Assembly: GCA_001179505.1 (NCBI GenBank)
Contig: CDMY01000799.1
Coordinates: forward strand, 1-19,159
Reading direction: 5' to 3'
Source: Vitrella brassicaformis CCMP3155
Lineage: Eukaryota > Protista > Chromerida
DNA length: 19,159 bases
The translations under genes were made by a program, and so were the position numbers. This document shows, piece by piece, positions 10,172 to 19,159 of the stretch; position 1 is the stretch's first letter, and each line of letters starts with the position of its first letter. The notes under the pieces are model-generated. The model saw only the letters and a list, made by a program, of their open reading frames with translations. It was not told the DNA's origin and did no database searches.

Positions 10172-13100
10172 GTCAGTTCATCTGGGTGCCTGTGTTGATG
10201 GCTTTGTTGATGGGGGTTGGCATTCTCAACCGGACAGAGGAGTACGCGCCGATGAAGCTGTACGCTCTCCCTGACTCGCAGGCCATGAAGGTCCGTCCAC
10301 CAAACAGACACACACAGATGGATGAAGATCTCTTTCTCTCTCCCCTTTGCTGCTGTCCTTTTCTCTGCTCAATTCAGGACCAGGCCAGGCTGACCGAGCT
10401 GTTCGGCACCATGCCGAGGGTGACCTACCTGCTTGTGGAGGGCATTGACGGCCAGAACCTGCTGCAGCCACACATACTGCGGGCCCTCAACCATTTGGAC
10501 CGGCAGGTGGCCAACCTGACTGTCACTGTGGACGGGGAGACGTATGGCTATGAGGACCCACGATATGAGTCCGTGTGTGTCAAGGACGGCACGGGGCGGT
10601 GTGAGCATGAGAGCGTCGTGCAGCTCTACCCACCCAAGAACGAGTCGAAGACCTACTACGGCAGGAAGTGAGTGAAGAGGGAAACAGAGGGAGGGAGGGA
10701 GGGAGGGAGGGGCGCGGACAGGGCACCACACGCACACACTGTGCTGGTTGTTTATTTGTGTTTGTGTGCGTTTAGCTATGAGGTCGACTTCAACATGAGC
10801 CTCTACTACCCGTACCACTTCCAGACGCGGCTTGACAGCAACTGGTCCCGCAACGACAGCTCTATCATCCGTTGGCCCGTCCCCCTTCTCGCCGCCAACG
10901 TGACACTCGAACCGGAAGGATGCAGCGTTGCCACTGAGACGACAATCGGAGGATGCAAGGTCAAAGCCGCTGAAGGTGAGCGCGGCACCACCCATACGCA
11001 TGCGCATTCGCATCACTCACTGTTCCTCTCTCTACCCCTTGGCGTGTGTGCAGCCCTGCTGTTCCGGTGGCTGCTGCGTCGTGAGGGTTCGGATGACTTT
11101 TGGGATCCGGTGTTGCTGGCGTGGGAGCAGGCGTGGCTCGATTTGATGTGGGAGCAGATGCCGGTTTTCGAGGAGATCGGCGTGAGGCTGGTGCGCAACG
11201 CCCGGCGGTCGATCGACGACGAGCTCGAGGAGAGCACGCGGCTGGGGCTGCTCGACTATGCGCGAATTGCCATCGGCGGCATCATCATCTTGTCATACTG
11301 CGCCATCGTCAACTTCTCCACCACACCGCACCGATCCAAGTATGCTTGTACGTATGCCGCGGGATGGATGCGTCCACGAGTGTCTCCCTCTCTGTCTGAG
11401 TGTTGCAGGTCCCTGCCGGCGTTGTTTGGGTGTTTTGCGGCGCTGTGGGCCGTGATGTTCTCTGCGGGTCTGTATCACAGCCTGGGGTTCGTGCACGTGC
11501 CGACGATCGCGGCGACCCCTTTCCTGGTCATGGGCATCGGCGTCGACGACATGTTCGTGATACTCAACAGCTACGCACTGGCCGTCAAGGTGACCGACCC
11601 TAGAGAGCGGGTGGCCGTCGCCATCAAAGACTGCGGTAGGTTCTTGGATAATTTGGTGTCGGACGGAAAGCGTGTTGGTGCAATTGTCTCTGTCTCTCGG
11701 CGTGTGTGTGTATGTGTGTGCATGGGTGGTGCATTCAGGCATGACGATAACGATCACCACTCTGACCAATCTGATTGCGATTGGTGTGGGTGCGTCCAGC
11801 GACCTCCTCTCCATCCGCAACTTCTGCATCATCACCTTCTTGGCACTGCTCATGGTCAGCCAGCCTGCCCCACAATAAACACACATATACCCATGCCCCA
11901 CAATAAACACACATATACCCATCATGGATGTCTCGGTCTTCCTTGATTCCCTTTCAGGGCTACTTCTACGCCCTCACCTTCTTTCTCGCCAGTGTGTGTC
12001 TGGACGCCAAGCGTGAGGCGGCCGGCAAGGGTCCTTACCTTGAGACATGGTGCAACACCTGCAGAAAGAGGAGGCGATCATCCGCACCAACACCAGCACA
12101 AAAATTAGCACAACCGCCACCGCCACCAGCTGCTGAAGAACACCACGATCCAGAGCAGCCACAGCCGGACAGTACCACCGAGCCAGAGCAAGAGCAGGAG
12201 CACCATTCGGTGAGCATCTCAGCCTCCCACCCCTCCACCCCCAGCCGCACCTCCCCCACTCCCGCCCCCCTCGACACCTTTGAGCTCGCGGCTCTTCAGC
12301 TCAAGGCGCAGGAGCTCACTATCAGGCAGAGAAAGGCCAGCACCACAAGCACCACAAGCAGCTCGCGACAACACGGGTGCAGCAATGGCGGTTTCTTCGG
12401 CGTGCATCTGGGTTACGATGATGGGTGGGACGAGGCGCAGGACGGCCCCATGGCCGACGTGGTGGAGCCTGTGGGCACTGTTGGGCGGAAGGTGCGGTGG
12501 GCGTTCAGGCGTCTCTGGGGCAGATGGGTCACCATCCCTGCTGTCAAGGTATACACACGTAGACACACACAGACACACCAAGGCGGAGGGGAAGATCATC
12601 TACCGTCCGTCGCTACATGTGCCTATGCAGGTGGTGACTCTGCTGTTGTTTGCCGGCTACATTGCCGTGTCTGTGTGGGGCGTGACGCGCATGACGACTG
12701 GTTTGGATCTCTTGTGGCTGACGCCTGAGGACTCGTACTTCAGGGTGTTCTGGAGTCGGTACTTCACCAGCTTCACCTCCTACGGCGAGGACGTCGTTGT
12801 AGTCTTCCCAAACCGGCAGGAGTGGTGGAAGAAAGACGTCCGGGTGAGTGGCTGGCGCACACGGATCAATCAATGGACGGCTATAATGCATTCATGTGCT
12901 GCGCTGTATGTGTCCACAGGAGGAGTACATGGCGTATGAGGATCGGCTACGGAGCAGCAGCTACGCGTCGGACCAGGTCTTCTCGGGTATGTATGAGTTC
13001 TACAACCGCACCAAGGCCGCCCATGATGGAGATATGGACCCACAGGCATTCAACGACACGTAAGCTGCCTGGACTGCAGAGAGGGAGATACACAGACCTC

Positions 13101-13848
13101 CACACCCAAACGTACACACATGCCTCTATGTGTTCCTTTGCTCACAAACAGCCTGAGCGACTTCCTGAACATGCCGGTGACCAAGATCCTCAAAAGCGAC
13201 TTCAAATTCGACGATGGTGAGATGCACCCCCACACACGGCGCTCGAGCACGGCCTTTCACGCCCACATTTCTGTATGTGTGTGTGTGTGCGTGTGTGCGT
13301 GTGTGTGTCATTCCAGAGGGTCTGCGTGCCTACAGGTTGCGTTTTTTCGCGAGTCCTGACGTGTCGGGTGCCAAGCTGATGACGCGCAGCCGTGAAGACT
13401 GCCACATCGCAGCCGAGGGGCCTGGAGGGCTTGAGTGCTTCCCCTATGGCGAGTACTTCCCTTATTACGAGCAGGACCTGTCAATCGTGCAGTCGACCCT
13501 CCTCAACATGGGATATGCGCTTATCGCTGTGCTCCTGGTGAGTGGGGGCACCATATGACGCATACAAGGGGAGATGGCGAGGTGTGTGTGGATGTGTCCA
13601 TGTGTGTGTGTGTGTGTGTATGTTTAGGTGTCGATGTTCCTGATGCGGGATTGGCAGTGTTGGGTGTTGGCGTTGGTGATGCTGGTGACCATCGACGTGG
13701 GCCTGTTTGGGTTCTTGGACTTCTGGGACCTGAAGCTCAATGGGATGTCAATGGTCTGCATCGTCATGGGTGTCGGGTTCTCCGTCGACTACACGGTGAG
13801 TGGGGCAAAGAGCTTATCTCACACACGTCATTCTTGTCACACTGCTCA

Positions 13849-13885
<37 letters not shown>

Positions 13886-14430
13886 TGCTGGTTTGCTCAG
13901 ACCCACATGTGCCACACCTTCTCCCACTGTGTCGGGCCCACCCGCAACCACAGGTATGCAACGGCCACGTATGAGAGGAGGGGAATGGATTATGCATTTT
14001 GGCTGGCGATGTGTGGTATAGGGTTGCTGAGACGCTGATCCTGATGGGCAATCCGGTGCTGCAGGGAATGCTCTCGACGTTCCTGGCCATGCTGGTCTTG
14101 CTCACCATGGGAAGCTTCATATCCGATGTCTTTTTCAGAATGATGACTCTTGTAGGCACAAACCACTCACCCACCCACCCACACACAGACAGACAGACAG
14201 ACAGACACACAATGCTCCGTTTCTCTCTCCCTCCCTGCCTGCCCTCAATCAACCATCAGGTCTTGTGGATCGGCTTCGGCCACGGGATTATCATGCTGCC
14301 TGTTGTCCTGTCCCTCATCGGCCCAGAGAAGGACACCCACACCCACACCGCCCCTGAGCCAACCAAGACAATCTCGATGTGTGCGAGTGACAACAACAAT
14401 CGCGAGGGCGAGCAGATGTGGGGCAGCTGA
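9883..14430 (+). CDS. Patched/NPC1-family sterol-sensing-domain RND membrane transporter (Patched-related, no NPC1 N-terminal domain), 1042 aa
   Basis: 16 exons: 9883-10026, 10177-10290, 10378-10667, 10776-10975, 11054-11339, 11409-11635, 11739-11854, 11958-12548, 12631-12843, 12920-13059, 13152-13216, 13317-13537, 13628-13795, 13901-13953, 14022-14151, 14260-14430. They total 3129 nt, all introns are GT-AG and phases are consistent. Motifs PFLVMGIGVDDMF (GxxxDD) and GVGFSVDYT (GxxxD), ARRSIDDELE, GFGHGIIMLPVVLSLIGP; twofold (1 TM-loop-5 TM) layout. Confidence 0.93.
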
Positions 14431-14904
14431 TCTTGGGCAGCAGATTGTGGGGTGGGCGGCGTGACGACCGAGATCCCGGGCGGCCTCCGACTCTGGGGAT
14501 GTTCGTTCGGGTGAAGCGACCCAGGGCCTTTTGACCGACGGTAACAACATTCCCCTGCGGACCAATAATGATCTGATCTACTTCTGCGCCAGAGAGCACA
14601 ACTTCTGCGCCCAGAGTCTGGCGGGCAGACTCTGGGGATGATGCCGGCGAACAGGATCATCGACGCGGACAGCGATATAAGCATGAGGAGCTGCCCCTCG
14701 ACAGAGAGACGCCTTCGGACGATTGGCGATGGAGACATAAAGTTCAAAGACACTCACGCCAGCGCCAAGGCTGAGGATTGATTGACCAAGTCCGCGAGGG
14801 AGGAACGTGTCGACGCTGTGCAGTGCGGTGCGGTGCGGGGGGTACAATGTCACCTGTGAATGTACGTGTATCGTCTTCGTGTTGTCGTCTGTGCTATTCA
14901 AGTC

Positions 14905-14910
14905 AGAGTC

Positions 14911-14943
<33 letters not shown>

Positions 14944-15018
14944 TATGTGTATGTGTATTATGTGTACGTGTATTATGTGTACGTGCACGTGTACGTGTAT
15001 GTGTGTGTGTGTGTGTGT
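14905..15018. repeat. (GT)n microsatellite with an embedded degenerate 18-bp tandem repeat (TATGTGTA(T/C)GTGTAT..)
   Basis: Direct reading. Confidence 0.85.
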
Positions 15019-15451
15019 TGGGTGCCGTCGGTGCCTATCTGTCCGCCATTCGTTCACATCTAGGTGGGGGGATGGGGGGTTCGCTCGTCCATCGAGCTGT
15101 GATGTGGTTCGTGTGCGGCGGCTACCCTGCCTGGCTGAATGAACGGTGGTACGTGGAGTGTGCGTGTGTGCGTGAGTGAGTGCATGTGTCCCATCCCAAG
15201 TATGTGGGCCGGGGAGGGACAGGGCGGGGCAGTCAGAGACACGGCAGGGACGGAGGGACACGAACCGCCACAGAAATGATTACGGGTGCCTGTCGGACTG
15301 CCTGTCCTTGCTGGCTGGGCTGTCGCATTTATTTGTGTGCGTGTGTGATACGTAAAGAGCTCACATTTGTGTCTGTGTCTTACGTCTGGAGGCGGGGCTG
15401 GGCGGTCGTCATACGTCAGTCATTATCGTTGCATTTGGATGGGTGCTCAGT

Positions 15452-15468
15452 GGCTCGTCCACCGAGCC
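15452..15468. other. Recurrent small inverted repeat (G)GCTCG-TCCA(C/T)-CGAGC(C); further copies at 15083-15097 and 17696-17710
   Basis: Three copies read directly, each with a perfect 5-6 bp stem and a 5-nt loop. Confidence 0.75.
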
Positions 15469-15989
15469 CTCATTTGACCTGTCCTTGCTGAATTGCGGCC
15501 AATAAACAAAGCGCCCTGTGTTGTCATGTTTCTGTTCATTCGTTGTTTGTTGGTTTTATGGCGTATAAACCTGCTGACAGTGTGCTGGCCAATTCATCGT
15601 TGATTGATCAATTGTCAGTGTCTCTACACAGCTGGTGTAGTGTCTCTACACAGCTGGTCCGTCACCACACACACACACCCAGAGAATTGGCATCCAGGAA
15701 TAAACAGTGAAGCACTTTGGCCACACACACACACACAGAAAGAAAGAGAGATAGAGCACATGCGCAGCACAGTCACACACAGGGGCCCAAACAAACACAC
15801 AAACACACAGACACACACACACACACACACACGTGCACACGGGAGAGACAGAGAGGCGGAGGGACGCATACGTCAGGCAGTCCACCACATGAATCACATA
15901 TTCACATTGGCACTCACAAAAACACGCAATGAATGCCTTGGCGGCTCTGCACAGCAGCAAGGCGAAGAAAGGCAGAGATTGACACACAC

Positions 15990-16471
15990 ACATAGGAACA
16001 AGTCTGTTGGTTGTTGAACATTTGCCATCCTGCAGCGCATGTGCTCGTGTGTGCCCCTCCGCACACACGCACTTAACAACGCCGCTGCCGTCACCGCTGT
16101 GCGGTGTGTGCCGCACCTGCACACACAGAGTGATGTACTGATATGGATCCGTGCATGTGTTTGTATGACTACGCAGTTTGCACATCTCGCGCGCGTCCTC
16201 TGAGCACTCGATAGTGGTGCATAGGGTCTCGGATCTGCCGAATGTGCTACCACTGGCGCCCACACGGGTCTCATTCCACTTGCAGAAGGGCGCCGAGTCG
16301 CCATGCACTGACGTACACATCGTGTCCATTTGTGTGTCCTGCGTGCATGCCCGGTTGGCAATCGCCTCCGTCCTGTTCCACTCCTCATTGTAGCACTCCA
16401 GGTCGCAGACAGTGCCCTGTCTCTCGTACTCACGTTGCAATTGCAGCCTCCTCCCGTCGTCCTCTCTGCGC
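15990..16471 (-). CDS. Cysteine-rich, probably extracellular protein fragment with a possible EGF-like tail; gene ends unresolved
   Basis: Open frame with GC3-biased codons: RRLQLQREYERQGTVCDLECYNEEWNRTE..PFCKWNETR..LCTTIECSEDAREMCKL, then KCVCAEGHTRAHALQDGKC. Sequons NRT and NET; candidate acceptor CAG at 16474-16472. No start or signal-peptide exon found. Confidence 0.45.
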
Positions 16472-16590
16472 CTGCGTGCGTGGAAGTACGCAGGAAGTCA
16501 CATGCACCAGACTCTGCCCTAGCCCATACGGGGGATCCCACACAAACCCTAACCCTTGGATCTCTGACCCCGTTTCCTTTCCCCCGCGTG

Positions 16591-17278
16591 ATGAAGCTGC
16601 TTGTGTGCCTCGTTGGCGCCCTCCTGCTGGCCGGTACCGTGTGTGCTGATCCCTTCGCCACCAAAACGACAGTAGAGGACTTCAATCACATAATTGACCG
16701 AGGCAGCCTGCTTATTTTGTTCTCCTCCGTTTCTTCCCAGGACGACTCTGCGGAGGGGAGGGAGCTGCGACCTGACGAACATGACGACCATCATCAGGTG
16801 GGCGAGCAGGCAAGACACTCCCAGCGGACGCACGCATGTGTGTGTGTGTGTGTCTGCGTGTAGGACGTCTGGAATCACGTGAGGGAGTGGTGGCAAAGAG
16901 GGCGCGATACGGCGGACTTCTGGATCGACGCTGCACAAGGTACTAACGACGGTCGGTGGGTCGTGAACCGTGCATGGATGGGTTTGTCTGTCTGTCTGTC
17001 TGCGTGAATGATTGCAGGGAGTGCGGCTGATGACGAGCACAGGCAGCTGCAGACAAACGACCATCAGGTGAGTGAGTCGCCGGGGGGCAACAAACAAAGC
17101 ACTCACTCACAGATCAGCACCATGCACTCATGTCTGTCATGTGTGTGTCTGTCTGTCTGTCTGTGTGCGTGTGTGTGTGCAGAGTGGTGGCCGCGTCGTC
17201 ATGGGTCGGGGTCGCGTCGTGGGTGGGGGCGTGTCAGGGACTGGTGGCGCCGGAGACGCGACGGAAACAACTAGGTAG
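16591..17278 (+). CDS. Small secreted protein of unknown function (119 aa, 5 exons)
   Basis: Signal peptide MKLLVCLVGALLLAGTVCA. Exons 16591-16671, 16741-16797, 16864-16939, 17018-17067, 17183-17278 total 360 nt with GT-AG introns in consistent phase. The first intron (69 nt, in frame) and the last exon boundary are less certain. Confidence 0.7.
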
Positions 17279-18331
17279 GCGGGTGTGGTGAGAGCCTGGC
17301 TGGGAAGGGAGGGAGGGAGGACAGCAGTGGTGCCCTGAATGGACGGAGTGCCATCTGCACGCTGCATTCATTGATTTGTTTGCTGGTTCCCCTGGGTGTG
17401 GTGGGTGTCTCAGGTGTGTAGCTGAGAGGTCGACGAGCCGCAACACAAGACCCCTTGTCTGCACTCGCTAGCCAGCTGCCTGTCTGAAGATTTATATGTG
17501 GGTCGACGAACGGCCTTTTTTCGTCCTTCACTTTTCCTGTCTGCCTGCCCATCCGTAGGTGAGTGAGTTGAATAGGCAGCTGCCTCTCGTGTGGTTGTGT
17601 TGGTTGTGTTGTTTGTGTGTGTGTGTGTGTGTGTGTATGGTATGCCTGTGGGTCAGTGAGTGATGTTGCACTTACATGAGTGAGTGGCTCGTCCAGCTCG
17701 TCCACCGAGCCTTATCTGATATGTATGGCTGGGACGGCATTGCTGGTGTTTGCACATGAAGGTGGCTGACACTAAGGTGGCTGACACACCAACCAGACCG
17801 CGCGATTAGGCAAGTGCCTATTGATTTGCGCGCCCCATGACACAGGGAGGGTGAGGGAGTGGGGGCGTTCTCGCCGCCGTTCATATCAGAACGGCGGCGC
17901 CCAGTGAGTGCTATACGGTGTCCGCCCCCCCAGAGCAATCCATGAATTCCATTGTCTTGCATTCAGCAGAGATTCGATCATCGGCAGTATAGATCTGGAT
18001 GGCATCACATCGACACAGCACAGTACAGCACAGTAATAGAGCAAATAGCTAAGCTGCACGGCACGCACACGGACGCTGAAACTGACACGTGGATGGACAC
18101 GACAGGACAAAAGACACTTTCCTTCCTTGGTTTCTCTACCTGCAATGCAACCTATACATGGCAGCAGACGGACGGACACACACACAGGCACGCATACGCA
18201 TACACACACGGCACGGAATGGAGATAATGCGGAGAGGGTGCGGTGCGGTGGATTGACCGATCAGCCAGCCAGCTTGCCACTCCCGCCCGCCCGGCTGTCT
18301 ACTACACACAGCTGTCCTATCTATGATCACT

Positions 18332-19159
18332 TCACTTGCCGCTGTAGTCGGTGGGCCTGTTGAACGTGCGCTTGACGCCGTTCTTCTCCATGTACTTGCG
18401 CGCCTTGATGAGGCCGGCGGGCTGCTCCAGCAAGAAGGGTATCCGCGCGATGACCGCATTTGGCAGCTTCAGCTTCAACTCAGCCTGCACATCACACCAT
18501 CAACACCCACGGCACAATCACCCACACGCCCGCCGTGCGTGCGGTGTGTGGTTGTTAGTTGATTACCTGAGCGAGGAGGGTGACGTCCATGGTGCCGTCG
18601 GGGAGGGTCTCGCAGAGGAAGCCGGCCAAGATTATCCTGGCGCGCACCGCCTTCCTTTCGGGCAGACCACTGGGCTCGGGGTAGTCATCAGTCGGCACTA
18701 CGACATGGGCCACAGTGCCGGGCGCAACCTGATGACACACTCACACACACAATGAATGGATGGATGGACAGTGAGTTTTTCCGTGTCTGTGGCTGGCTGC
18801 GTGTGAGGTCCGCTGCCTGACGTACCACGTGTGTGTAATGTGCCTGGATGAAGTCCCTTGGCTCGAACATCATTACGCGCTTGAACACCACCCACACCAC
18901 GTTCGTGTAGTAGTCGAACTGACACAGACACGCACCTGATCAACACAGCACAAGGACACAACACAGTGATCGATCACCTACCCTTCCCCATTCCCTCCCT
19001 CCTCTCCCATCACCCCACACGCACCTTGGCCGAACTGGTCGTCGATGGCCTTCTTGGCGTCCCAGTCGCGCAGGAAGTCCATGACGTCCCAGGGCGTGAA
19101 CTTGCTGCCGAAGTTGACGGTGCCGCGGATCATGGGCGGCAGGCCGTCGTGGAACTCCC
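18332..19159 (-). CDS. START/SRPBCC-like lipid-binding domain protein, 3' part (5'-partial)
   Basis: Exons 19159-19025, 18935-18826, 18728-18567, 18484-18332 (TGA), phases consistent. Translation: ..TPWDVMDFLRDWDAKKAIDDQF..VWVVFKRVMMFEPRDFIQ..VRARIILAGFLCETLPDGTMDVTLLAQAELKLKLPNAVI.. This resembles START features (WD, PRDF, VRA..G, VT..Q..LP). Confidence 0.72.

Noticed and set aside
343-14259. Introner-like mobile introns (many G|GT..AG|GT junctions)
   Set aside because: Apart from the duplicated module intron, the introns share no sequence with each other; the junction bias fits an ordinary proto-splice consensus.
10369-14753. Numerous antisense and alternative-frame ORFs over the transporter gene
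   Set aside because: Expected shadows of GC-rich coding sequence and (GT)n introns; no independent motifs.
14430-14790. Coding-looking stretch after the transporter stop (possible extra exon or separate small ORF)
   Set aside because: Several frames are briefly open, but there is no convincing splice path or motif; treated as 3'UTR pending RNA-seq.
14578-15261. His/Ile-rich or Cys/Val/Met-rich ORFs suggesting metal-binding proteins
   Set aside because: Derived from (GT)n and the 18-bp simple repeat, in all frames.
1-19159. tRNA, rRNA or snRNA genes
   Set aside because: No recognisable cloverleaf or conserved rRNA/U-snRNA signature was found by eye; a tRNAscan/Rfam run would be needed to exclude them fully.

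Overview
Eukaryotic, GC-rich, intron-dense DNA with microsatellite-filled introns. The style and gene content suggest a chromerid/apicomplexan-relative alveolate such as Vitrella (inference only). 1-5433 (+) is the 3' end of a modular, fully reducing type I FAS/PKS: KR-ACP, a KS start, a 300-N gap, then ER end-KR-ACP, an unexplained SAM-like insert and a terminal thioester reductase. The two KR-intron-ACP blocks are near-identical copies. A ~1.1-kb tandem repeat follows, then a possible minus-strand spliced gene, a complete 16-exon Patched/NPC1-family sterol-sensing RND transporter (1042 aa by my splicing), a Cys-rich minus-strand ORF, a small secreted protein with RxL(R) motifs, and the 3' part of a START-like lipid-binding gene (-). 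The main hypothesis is a lipid synthesis/export neighbourhood (reductive-release synthase + RND transporter + START carrier + secreted proteins). All gene models were spliced by eye and need transcript support.
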